Shown here piece by piece: positions 49,276 through 57,486 of a stretch of DNA of 64,000 bases (the stretch's first letter is position 1; every line of letters starts with the position of its first letter). Source of the DNA: an uncultured Spirochaetota bacterium (GTDB taxonomy: Bacteria > Spirochaetota > Spirochaetia > SZUA-6 > Fen-1364). Position numbers and translations under genes: made by a program. The stretch lies in assembly GCA_963820525.1 (NCBI GenBank), contig CAWGAA010000001.1:2432001-2496000 (forward strand). The letters are read 5' to 3'. Under the pieces are notes generated by a model, which did no database searches, was not told where the DNA came from, and worked only from the letters and a program-made list of their open reading frames with translations.

Positions 49276-50199
49276 TCAAAACCGGGACCGGCCTCGGCAG
49301 GAGAGGGAGATTTCGGCGCCGGGTGAGAGGGAGAAAAGCTCTGCCGCGCTGCCGCGGTTCACGGCGACCTCAAGGAGTCCGTCGCTTCCGATGTACGCAA
49401 GCGGCGCCCCGAGCGGTGCCTGGGCGAACGCTGCGACAAGCGGGATGCGCGCCCCTCCGGGGAGCAGGACGTCCAGCTCCCCCGACAGCATGATGCTATC
49501 CGCGGAAGGGAGCCACGGCTCCAGAAGGAGGGCGCCCGCATCGCGGCGGAGAACGCCGATGCTGGTCACGAGGTTTCCAAAGGCGTCCACGTGGAGCACC
49601 TCGCCGCTCACGATCGGTCCCTCTCCTGCGCGGAAACGCGCCGGCTCCCCCGCGGCAGGAGCGATCTCCGATACCGGTCCCGCTTCGATGCCGGGATGGA
49701 CGGCGAGCTTCGGGTAAGGCAGGAGGGTGAGGCTTTCCACCTTCGGCCCAAGCTCCATGATGTCCGCTCCCGCGGCCAGATGGGCGGCGGCTGGCGCGAA
49801 GATGTCCCTGCCGTGGAACGTGGAGCTCACGCTGTCGCGCTGGAACGCCGGGGAGGCGATCTCGACGGCAATCCGCTCCTTCCGGCGGGCGAGCAGGAAC
49901 GTCACAAGCCCGTTGTCCGGGCCGACGAAGGTGAAATCCGGGAACCGCACGGCAACCGCTCTGCGGGAAGTTCCGACTCCAGGGTCCACCACGGCGAGCA
50001 CGACGGCTCCCGCGGGCAGGAAGGGGACCGACTGCCAGAGCGCGAAAGCCCCTGCGCGCACGTCCCCGGGGGGTACCTCGTGCGTCAGATCGATGAAGCC
50101 GACGCCGGGAGCGATCCCCGCCATCACCGCCTTCATCACCCCGACAAAGACGTCCCGCGAACCGAAATCGCTCACGAGCGCAATGACTCCCCGCCCCAT
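49276..50199 (-). CDS. SAM hydroxide adenosyltransferase / chlorinase-fluorinase family (DUF62)
   Basis: SDFG, DLTH, VVDPGVGTSRR, GPDNG, STFHGRDIFAP, DAFGNLVT, LEVAVNRG. Confidence 0.92.
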   Translation of the reverse strand: MGRGVIALVSDFGSRDVFVGVMKAVMAGIAPGVGFIDLTHEVPPGDVRAGAFALWQSVPFLPAGAVVLAVVDPGVGTSRRAVAVRFPDFTFVGPDNGLVTFLLARRKERIAVEIASPAFQRDSVSSTFHGRDIFAPAAAHLAAGADIMELGPKVESLTLLPYPKLAVHPGIEAGPVSEIAPAAGEPARFRAGEGPIVSGEVLHVDAFGNLVTSIGVLRRDAGALLLEPWLPSADSIMLSGELDVLLPGGARIPLVAAFAQAPLGAPLAYIGSDGLLEVAVNRGSAAELFSLSPGAEISLSCRGRSRF

Positions 50200-50216
50200 C
50201 CGCCCTCCCTTTCCCC

Positions 50217-50648
50217 TCATATGTCGAGCACCACGCGCGCCATCCAACCGCCGGCGGCCTGCCGGACCTTGAGAAGGTGCAGGGTCACAGCCTTGACGTC
50301 GAGCTGTAGGGTATGACGTGAGGGGTTGATTCTTTCGCCTTCAAGCTCGGCCGAAAGGCGCCAGCGGCGGCCCTCCCGCGTCAGGCGGGGCCAGGGGCAG
50401 CGGAGGAGGAGCTGCTCCGCGTCCTTGTAATAGACAATCTCCTCAAGGAGGCGGAACAGGAGCATGTCCAGCTCTTCTTCCTCTGCCGACACTGGCTTCT
50501 TCACCAACCCCTCCACAGACTCGGGTGATTCAACCATGACGCCCAGGGTCGCGTCGGCGCAGAGGCTGAAGAGGTCCTCCAGGGTTTCGGCGCGGGCTTC
50601 GAAGGCGATATCCGCGATTGCCACGTCTTCCAGGTAGCGGTACGGCAT
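50217..50648 (-). CDS. Archease
   Basis: YRYLEDVAIADIAFEA, LFRLLEEIVY, DVKAVTLH, C-terminal VVLDI. Confidence 0.9.
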   Translation of the reverse strand: MPYRYLEDVAIADIAFEARAETLEDLFSLCADATLGVMVESPESVEGLVKKPVSAEEEELDMLLFRLLEEIVYYKDAEQLLLRCPWPRLTREGRRWRLSAELEGERINPSRHTLQLDVKAVTLHLLKVRQAAGGWMARVVLDI

Positions 50649-50652
50649 CGGT

Positions 50653-51552
50653 TCAGCTCTCGCAGGCCGCAAGGCCCTCCAGGATCCTCTGCCGGGCCCC
50701 TTCCACTCCGGGGCCGATGAACACCATTTCGCTCCTCGGTGCCGTTGATTCCTCGAAATCGATGCGCCCCGCCACGTAATTGAAGACCCATTCCCCTTCC
50801 GCGAGGAAGCGGACGAAGCCCTTGGAGCGGAAGACTTCAGCGGGAAGAGATGAGAGGAAGGAGACGAATCGGGCCCTGTCGAGGGGCCTCTCGGCAGAAG
50901 CCGTGAAGGCCTGGACCTGGCGGTGGTGGCCCGGGTGGGCCTTCGGCAGGCGGCGGTCGGGATTGCGCGCACTCTGGGGCCCGAAGAGAAGCGAAAGATC
51001 CAGATCGCAACGCGTCGTTTCCACGGTCAGGGCGCCGCCCATGTGGGAAGAAACCCTCCTCCGCACGGCGGCAAGCTCTTCCCCGGTCGCGAGGTCGATC
51101 TTGTTCAGGACAACCAGATCCGCGCTTTCAAGCTGGGAGCGCTCGGCGTATCCCATGGCCGGATACCGTGTCGCCGCGTACACATCCACGATGCACACCA
51201 CGCAATCGAGACGCACGATGGGAAGGGTCTCCTCGACGGTATAGACCAGGGCATCCGCCTCCGCCACCCCCGTTGCTTCCAGCACGATCCATTCGGGACC
51301 CGCCTTTTCGACAAGCTCGCTTACCGCGGCGTTGAGCTCCCCCGCGAGAGAGCAGCAGACGCACCCGCCGGCGAGCTCCACGTAGCGAATGTTCCTCCCC
51401 TTGATCACCCGGCTGTCCACGGCCAGCTCTCCGAACTCGTTCATGACCACGGCGAGCTTGATCCCGGCGTCGGAGAGGACGCGGGAGAGAAGCGTCGTCT
51501 TTCCGCTTCCCAGGGGACCCGTGATCAGCGTGATCGGGGTCTTTTCCTTCAC
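50653..51552 (-). CDS. COG0523/CobW-family GTPase metallochaperone
   Basis: ITGPLGSGKTT, MNEFGE, GGCVCCS, EATGVA, LNKID, FRSKGFV, MVFIG. Confidence 0.92.
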   Translation of the reverse strand: MKEKTPITLITGPLGSGKTTLLSRVLSDAGIKLAVVMNEFGELAVDSRVIKGRNIRYVELAGGCVCCSLAGELNAAVSELVEKAGPEWIVLEATGVAEADALVYTVEETLPIVRLDCVVCIVDVYAATRYPAMGYAERSQLESADLVVLNKIDLATGEELAAVRRRVSSHMGGALTVETTRCDLDLSLLFGPQSARNPDRRLPKAHPGHHRQVQAFTASAERPLDRARFVSFLSSLPAEVFRSKGFVRFLAEGEWVFNYVAGRIDFEESTAPRSEMVFIGPGVEGARQRILEGLAACES

Positions 51553-51560
51553 CTGTCTCC

Positions 51561-53018
51561 TCAGCCCTTGATGTTCCCGATGGGCACGAACCTGGCGACG
51601 CGCCGGCTCAATCCCGCACGCTCGGTGGCCTCGATGACCTCGTCGATATCCTTGTAGGCTCCGCCTGCTTCCTCGGCCACCCCGGAAAGCGAGGAGCTCT
51701 TCACGTAGATGCCCCTGGCCTCCATCTCGTGAAGCAGCCGGGAGCCCTGCCAGATCCTCCTCGCCTTGGTGCGGCTCATGGTGCGGCCGCTTCCGTGGGC
51801 GGTCGTGAAGTAGCTCTGAGCCCCCGTTTCCACCCCGGCCAGCAGGTAGGATCCCGTCTCCATGCTCCCGCCGATGATCACGGGCTGACCGGTCTTTCTG
51901 TACGCCGCCGGAAGGCCGGGCATTCCCGGGGCAAACGCGCGCGTCGCTCCCTTTCTGTGCACAAGAAGCCGCCGGGAGCGCCCTCCCACCTCGTGCTCTT
52001 CCAGCTTGGCCGTGTTATGGGCGACGTCGTAGACCTGGCGGATTCCCAGGGCCCGGGGGTCCCTGTGGAACACCTCTGAGAACACCTCCCGGATCCTGTG
52101 GAGGATGACCTGCCTGTTGGCGAAAGACATGTTTATGGCGCACTTCATGGCCGAAAAGTAGTCCTGGCCTTCGGGGGAGGAGAAAGGCGCGCAGGCGAGC
52201 TCCCGATCGAGAACCTTGATGTGGAACTTTCCTTCCATTGCCTTCAGGAAGGCCTGCAGGTAATCGGTTGCAACCTGGTGGCCGAAGCCCCGGCTGCCGC
52301 AGTGAAACATGATCACGACCTGATCGTCCCGCGTTATGCCAAAGGACTCGGCGAGCTCCCGATTAATGACGTTCTCCCGCCTGGCCACCTGGATCTCCAG
52401 GTAATGGTTGCCGGAGCCAAGGGTGCCGATCTGGCGGTAGCCGCGATTGACGGCTCTCTCGCTGATCTTGGATGCGTCGGCGCCGGAGATGCACCCCCCC
52501 TCCTCCGTGGCCGCAAGGTCCTCTTCCAGTCCGTAGCCGTTTCGAATGCAGTAGCGGGCGCCCTGCTGGACAACCTGTCGGAACTCGTCTGCGCTGATGG
52601 AGAGAAATCCGTCGCGCCCGACTCCGGCGGGGATCCGCTGGAAGAGCTTGTCGACCAGCTCCCTGATGTGAGGTTGGACCTCCGCGAGGGTGAGATCCGT
52701 GGCCACGAGGCGCATCCCGCAGTTCACGTCGAACCCGATTCCGCCGGGGGAGATGACCCCTTCTTCGACGTCGAACGCCGCGACCCCACCAATGGGAAAT
52801 CCGTAGCCCCAGTGCCCATCAGGCATGCAGAAGGCGTGGCCCACGATCCCCGGCAGGCAGGCCACGTTGGAGATCTGGTCGAAAACTCCTTCGTCCATCT
52901 CCGAGACGAGCTTCTGTGAGGCATAGATGCGCGCGGGAACCCTCATCCCCTTCTTGTGGGAAGTGGGCAGCTCCCACAGAAAATCGCCGAGCTTCTTGAT
53001 GTCCGCAGGGACGGCCAT
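51561..53018 (-). CDS. rtcB: RtcB RNA 3'-phosphate/5'-OH ligase (long, archease-associated type)
   Basis: MPDGHWGYGFPIGG, GFDVNCG, GSGNHYLE, HCGSRG, HNTAK, HRKGAT, HGSGR, AEEAGGAYKD, NIKG; SD GAGGAGG. Confidence 0.95.
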   Translation of the reverse strand: MAVPADIKKLGDFLWELPTSHKKGMRVPARIYASQKLVSEMDEGVFDQISNVACLPGIVGHAFCMPDGHWGYGFPIGGVAAFDVEEGVISPGGIGFDVNCGMRLVATDLTLAEVQPHIRELVDKLFQRIPAGVGRDGFLSISADEFRQVVQQGARYCIRNGYGLEEDLAATEEGGCISGADASKISERAVNRGYRQIGTLGSGNHYLEIQVARRENVINRELAESFGITRDDQVVIMFHCGSRGFGHQVATDYLQAFLKAMEGKFHIKVLDRELACAPFSSPEGQDYFSAMKCAINMSFANRQVILHRIREVFSEVFHRDPRALGIRQVYDVAHNTAKLEEHEVGGRSRRLLVHRKGATRAFAPGMPGLPAAYRKTGQPVIIGGSMETGSYLLAGVETGAQSYFTTAHGSGRTMSRTKARRIWQGSRLLHEMEARGIYVKSSSLSGVAEEAGGAYKDIDEVIEATERAGLSRRVARFVPIGNIKG

Positions 53019-53080
53019 TGACGACCTCCTCAGGCTTGCAGTCGCCGTTTCCAACCGGTCACGGGATCCGCGCCCCGCCG

Positions 53081-53641
53081 CTACCCCGGGAACAGGCAGC
53101 AGAGCATGCGCGTCCCGAGCCTGCCCTGGACGAACGCCAGGCCGACGCAGACGGAAAACAGCACGACGTTCACCACGCTCACCCAGGCGATGAACGGGCC
53201 GATGGCGAAGATGAGGGCGGCGGCCGCGGCGGAGCAGATGAAGAATGCTATGCCCACGAAGGTCTTCGTTCTCAGATAGAGGCTCTTCGCCTTTCGGAAA
53301 CGGACGCTTCCGTCGTAGCGGCCGCTCAACCACGCAGCGGCCACGATGAGCGGCAGCGTTCCGCCGAAGGCTCTCATGGCGCCCGTCGCCGTCCGATGGA
53401 AGAGAACGGGAAAGGCAAGAATGTAGAGTGCCGTCACGAGGGCCGAGACCGTAAAGGCAACTGCGAAGTGGACGATAATAGGGTGGATGTCCAGCTGCAG
53501 GACCCGCCTTCGATTCCGGGAAACGGGGTCATTGAACGCCTCGAACATCTTTCTGGCAACTCCGCAGGCGGGACAAACGTCCTTGACCCTGTTCTCTTCA
53601 ATCACGAGACCGCAGGATTTACACCGGATCAATTGCGCCAT
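53081..53641 (-). CDS. Rubredoxin-like CxxC...CPxC domain fused to a DUF2231-like multi-TM domain
   Basis: RCKSCG...VCPACG...FE; HPIIVHF; four hydrophobic segments. Confidence 0.8.
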   Translation of the reverse strand: MAQLIRCKSCGLVIEENRVKDVCPACGVARKMFEAFNDPVSRNRRRVLQLDIHPIIVHFAVAFTVSALVTALYILAFPVLFHRTATGAMRAFGGTLPLIVAAAWLSGRYDGSVRFRKAKSLYLRTKTFVGIAFFICSAAAAALIFAIGPFIAWVSVVNVVLFSVCVGLAFVQGRLGTRMLCCLFPG

Positions 53642-53751
53642 ACTCCCCTCCTCACATTCGAATGATGAGCTATCCTACCGCGACACAAAGACCGCCGCAA
53701 GATCAAGGTCGCCGTAATGCGGCCGGCATAAGCAGCCGAAGAATTTAGGGA

Positions 53752-54198
53752 ATGGAAAAAATTCTTTCCGTCATGACCTCCTTCCTCGGAACGCTTTCGT
53801 TCGTAAAGAAAACGCCGGCGGCCCCGGAGGCAAGCGGGGAGGAGCTGCCGATCTCGCGGCACAGCCACGCCGTGGCCAGGCAATGCAGCGAGCTCGTTGC
53901 AAGCGGCATCAGGGCCGCGAGCGAGGCCGGCCGGCGTATGGCGAAGATCGAGCGCAATATCGAGCGGGCCGCCGCGCTGCTGAAAAAAACCAGGGGATCG
54001 CACCGCGACGCCGCCGCCCAGGGCCTGCGGAACATCATGGAACAGCTTGCCCCCGTCCTGAGCCTGGGCGTTTCCTCAACGGGGGAGCTCCTCGAGCTGG
54101 CCCGGGAGGCGAGCCGGCTCGACGAGGCCCCCGCCCGCCGGCGGCTCAATCCCCTTTCTTCTCCGCGGCTTTCGCCGCCTGCTCGGCCAGACCGGTGA
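53752..54198 (+). CDS. Hypothetical helical protein
   Basis: Only sizeable ORF filling the gap between two minus-strand genes; no motif; 3' end overlaps the SPFH gene. Confidence 0.35.
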   Translation: MEKILSVMTSFLGTLSFVKKTPAAPEASGEELPISRHSHAVARQCSELVASGIRAASEAGRRMAKIERNIERAAALLKKTRGSHRDAAAQGLRNIMEQLAPVLSLGVSSTGELLELAREASRLDEAPARRRLNPLSSPRLSPPARPDR

Positions 54199-55024
54199 GG
54201 GGCTTCAGGAGATTCACGAACTCCAGGGGGAAGATGAACTTGGTGGAAGGGCTTGCCCCCATCTGCTTCAGGGTATCGAAATACTGAAGCATCATCGTCT
54301 TGGAATCCACGATCTTGGCCGCGCTGAAGATCTTCTCCAGTGCAAGGGCGAATCCCTCGGCCCGAAGGATGGCAGCCTGTCGATCGCCTTCCGCCTTGAG
54401 GATCGCCGACTGCTTGTCACCCTCGGCCACCAGGATCGCCGATGCCCTCTTTCCTTCGCTTTCCGTCACCATGGCCCTGCGGTTCCTCTCCGCCGACATC
54501 TGACGGTTCATCGCGTCCTGGATGTCCTTGGGAGGCACGATCTCGCGGATTTCAACCGTGGTCACCTTGACCCCCCAGCGCTCGGTCACGTCGTCCATCT
54601 TTGTGCGAAGGATGCGGTTGATGTCCTCGCGCTTGGCCAGAACGTCGTCCAGCGGGATGTCTCCGATCACGGCGCGAAGCGTCGTGGTGGCGATTCCCTG
54701 GCTGGCCCCGGCGAAGTTGCCGACCTGGATCACGGAGGCGGTGGGCTCCACGATGCGCCAGTAGATGAGGAAGTCGATGTCGATCGGCGCGTTGTCCTTT
54801 GTGATGCAGGTCTGTCGGGGGATCTCCAGGTACAGCTCGCGAAGGTCCGTCCACACCGGCCGGTCCACGATGGGGATGAGGAAAACCAGGCCGGGACCCC
54901 GCGCCCCGATCGAGCGGCCCAGGCGGAAAACGACCAGCCGCTGATACTCCCTGACCACCTTGATGGACGCCGACAGGATGATGATGGCAAGAATCACGAT
55001 GACAGCGATGGCGACGATACTCAC
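54146..55024 (-). CDS. SPFH/band 7 (stomatin-like) protein
   Basis: VVREYQRLVVFRLGR, GPGLVFLIP, ITKDNA, WGVKVTTVEI, QMSAERNRRA; GTG start after AAAGGAGG. Confidence 0.92.
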   Translation of the reverse strand: MSIVAIAVIVILAIIILSASIKVVREYQRLVVFRLGRSIGARGPGLVFLIPIVDRPVWTDLRELYLEIPRQTCITKDNAPIDIDFLIYWRIVEPTASVIQVGNFAGASQGIATTTLRAVIGDIPLDDVLAKREDINRILRTKMDDVTERWGVKVTTVEIREIVPPKDIQDAMNRQMSAERNRRAMVTESEGKRASAILVAEGDKQSAILKAEGDRQAAILRAEGFALALEKIFSAAKIVDSKTMMLQYFDTLKQMGASPSTKFIFPLEFVNLLKPLTGLAEQAAKAAEKKGD

Positions 55025-56346
55025 GGGTGAGCCTCCTTTCGTCGAACGACAAGCCGCAATCCTTCCCTCTGGACAATCTCCACCGACTCCCCGCTCTTGA
55101 TCGCGCCCTCCGCCGAGCGGGCGCTCCACACCTCGCCGGCCGCCCGAACCTGGCCGTCCGGAGCGAGGTCCGTCAGGGCCACGCCGTCCAGCCCGGGCAG
55201 GACTTCCTCGCCGAAGGCGATCCTTCGGCCCTGGGCGGCAATCCCCTTGGAGATGACGAACATGAAGAACAGCGTCACCAGGGTTGTCATGACCCCGATG
55301 GTTATGGGAGACACGCGGATCTCCGGGGCGGATGGAAACACTGGGGCCCGCCACGGGGGAAAGAGGAGGAACGAGCCGAGGAGAAAGGAAACGATCCCCC
55401 CCGCGGTCCACACGCCGTGGGAAGGAACCTTGATGTCCACGATGAACAGCACGACGGCGAGCGCTATAAACACGAGCCCGCCCAGGTTGGTGGGGAGGCT
55501 TCCGAAGCCTACCAGGGAGAGGAGGATGGCGATGCCGCCCGCAATGCCCGGCGCCCCGATGCCCGGGGCGGAAAGCTCGAAGATGATACCGAAGATCCCG
55601 ATCACCAGAAGGACGTAGGCGAGGTCGGGGTTCACCAGCACGCTCAAGAGCCGATCCACGAGGCTCATGTCGAAGCGGCGGACATCGGAGCCGGCCGTGC
55701 GAAGCACGATCGCGCCCGCCGTCGTTCGAACCGTCTTGCCGTCAACGGCGGCGAGGAGGCCGGCAAGGTCGGGCGCTTCCAGATCAGCCACGTGCCGGCT
55801 GACGGCCTCGGTCTCCGTGAGAGACGCGCTCCTGCGCACGGCCTCATCCGCCCACGCGAGGTTCCGCCCGCGAAGCTCGGCGAGGCTTAAAAGCTGTGCT
55901 GCCGCGTCGTTGGTCACCTTCTGGCCTTCCGTGCCCGGGATGTCCGCGCCCCCGGCGGAAACGGGGTGAGCCGCACCGATATGCGTTCCGGGAGCCATGA
56001 CGGTGAGGTGGGCGGCCATGGCGATGAACACCCCGGCCGACGCCGCCCGCGCGCCCCGGGGCGACACGTAGACGGCCACGGGCACCGTCGAGGAGAGGAT
56101 CGCCTGGACGATCTGGTCCATGGAAACTGAAAGCCCTCCGGGAGTGTCGAGGGACAGGAGCAGAAGGCGTGCCCCGTCCGCCTCGGCCTGGGATACGCCG
56201 CGCGAAACGTAGCGGGCTGAAATGGGATCTATCGGCCCGGCCAGCGTGAGGACAAGAACGATCCCGCGGGGGCTCCCGCTGTTGTCGATTGCGTAGCCGG
56301 GCAGTCGAAGGGTGAGGAGGGCGAGACAGGCAATCAGCGCCTTCAT
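55021..56346 (-). CDS. nfeD: NfeD membrane-bound ClpP-class serine protease
   Basis: LDTPGG, ARAASAG, IGAAHPV, multi-TM region, C-terminal OB fold; adjacent to SPFH. Confidence 0.88.
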   Translation of the reverse strand: MKALIACLALLTLRLPGYAIDNSGSPRGIVLVLTLAGPIDPISARYVSRGVSQAEADGARLLLLSLDTPGGLSVSMDQIVQAILSSTVPVAVYVSPRGARAASAGVFIAMAAHLTVMAPGTHIGAAHPVSAGGADIPGTEGQKVTNDAAAQLLSLAELRGRNLAWADEAVRRSASLTETEAVSRHVADLEAPDLAGLLAAVDGKTVRTTAGAIVLRTAGSDVRRFDMSLVDRLLSVLVNPDLAYVLLVIGIFGIIFELSAPGIGAPGIAGGIAILLSLVGFGSLPTNLGGLVFIALAVVLFIVDIKVPSHGVWTAGGIVSFLLGSFLLFPPWRAPVFPSAPEIRVSPITIGVMTTLVTLFFMFVISKGIAAQGRRIAFGEEVLPGLDGVALTDLAPDGQVRAAGEVWSARSAEGAIKSGESVEIVQREGLRLVVRRKEAHP

Positions 56347-56397
56347 TTCTTTAGCCAAATATAGCATGGAAACGAAGGAGGCTGCCAGGGGAAATGC

Positions 56398-57402
56398 TTA
56401 CGGATCCGCGCGGGATCTCCTGTATTCGTCCAGGACGTCCTTCACCATCTGGTAGGACTGAGCATCATAGGCGGTTCCGACGAGCATCCCGAAGCCCTTC
56501 TCCACGAGATCCTCCCACGCCTTCCTGGCTTTGGGGTCGACTTTCACGATCGTCAGTCCGTATTTCTGCATGATGCCGATGGCATCGGAGTCGGAACGCG
56601 AGATTTCCGGAGAGAGGGTTGCGGCGATTTTCTGGGCGGACCGGAGAAGCTTCCCCTGCAGATCGGCGGGGATGGCGGACCACGTCTTCAGGGAGACGAT
56701 CGTCGCTCCCCAGAGGGGGGCGAGCTTCAGATCCGTCATGTTGGAGGCAGCGCCGAACCATTGGTTGGAGGCCGCGAGGAGCGGGCTGGAGATCGTGGCG
56801 TCGATCATCCCGCTCTGGAGGCTCGTGAGAATATCGGTGGCGGCAAGGGGGACCACCTGGAAGCCCGAGCTCTGCCACGCCTGCACCTCATCGGGGTTCC
56901 CCCACACCCAGAGATTCTGTTTTCGAAGATCGTCCGGCGTCGTGATAGGGTAGCGGGAGAAGAAGTACAACCACCCCCCCGTTGACCAGAAGATCACCTT
57001 GAATCCGCGTTTCTCCAGCTCCTTCTCGAAGATGGGCTCGAGCTTTCCCAGGACGCCGGAAAGCTCCCCGTCGTCCCGAATGAAAAGCGGGAAGGACAGC
57101 GCCTTGATGCCGTTGTAGATTCCCTGGAGGCCGTTCATGGTGATCATCGCGCCGCTGATCTGCCCGATTCTGACCTTGCGCACGATGTCGGGCTCGTCTC
57201 CCGCCACGCCGGCCGAGTATATCTTGACCTCGAGGCTCCCGCCTGAAAGCTTGATCCATTCGGCCGCGATGCGCCGCAGCGCCTTGTCCCACGGGGAGCT
57301 TGAGGGCGCAAGGCTTCCGATCTTCAGGGTGAGTGCGCCGGCAGGAATCGGGAGGAGCATGATGCACAGAGCGAGGAAAAAAACGGGACGGATCCTTATC
57401 AT
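56398..57402 (-). CDS. dctP: TRAP/TPAT substrate-binding protein (DctP/TatP-like), copy 2
   Basis: LKIGSLAPSSSPW, GVAGDEPDIVRKVRIGQ, TPDDLRKQ, LQSGMIDA. Confidence 0.88.
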   Translation of the reverse strand: MIRIRPVFFLALCIMLLPIPAGALTLKIGSLAPSSSPWDKALRRIAAEWIKLSGGSLEVKIYSAGVAGDEPDIVRKVRIGQISGAMITMNGLQGIYNGIKALSFPLFIRDDGELSGVLGKLEPIFEKELEKRGFKVIFWSTGGWLYFFSRYPITTPDDLRKQNLWVWGNPDEVQAWQSSGFQVVPLAATDILTSLQSGMIDATISSPLLAASNQWFGAASNMTDLKLAPLWGATIVSLKTWSAIPADLQGKLLRSAQKIAATLSPEISRSDSDAIGIMQKYGLTIVKVDPKARKAWEDLVEKGFGMLVGTAYDAQSYQMVKDVLDEYRRSRADP

Positions 57403-57427
57403 GAGTATTCCTTGGGAGGGTGAGAAA

Positions 57428-57457
57428 AAAGTAGCACTCCCCCGCCGGGATCGTCAA
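57428..57457 (-). promoter_or_regulatory. Internal sigma70-type promoter upstream of the second DctP gene
   Basis: Minus strand TTGACG-18 nt-(TGC)TACTTT. Confidence 0.5.
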
Positions 57458-57486
57458 TCCCCGGGATCCTCCCCGCGGTCCGCCCC

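Noticed and set aside
49276..50199. Fluorinase/chlorinase halogenation pathway
   Set aside because: The HGRD motif and Asp/Arg pattern fit the widespread DUF62 SAM hydrolases, and there is no biosynthetic context
53025..53075. Possible sigma54 (RtcR-type) promoter TTGGAAACGGCGACTGCA upstream of rtcB
   Set aside because: GG-to-GC spacing is 11 nt rather than the required 10, and no rtcR is in the window
53642..53751. tRNA or Y-RNA-like substrate gene near rtcB
   Set aside because: No cloverleaf, T-loop GTTCRA or long stem recognisable by eye; an Infernal/tRNAscan run would be decisive
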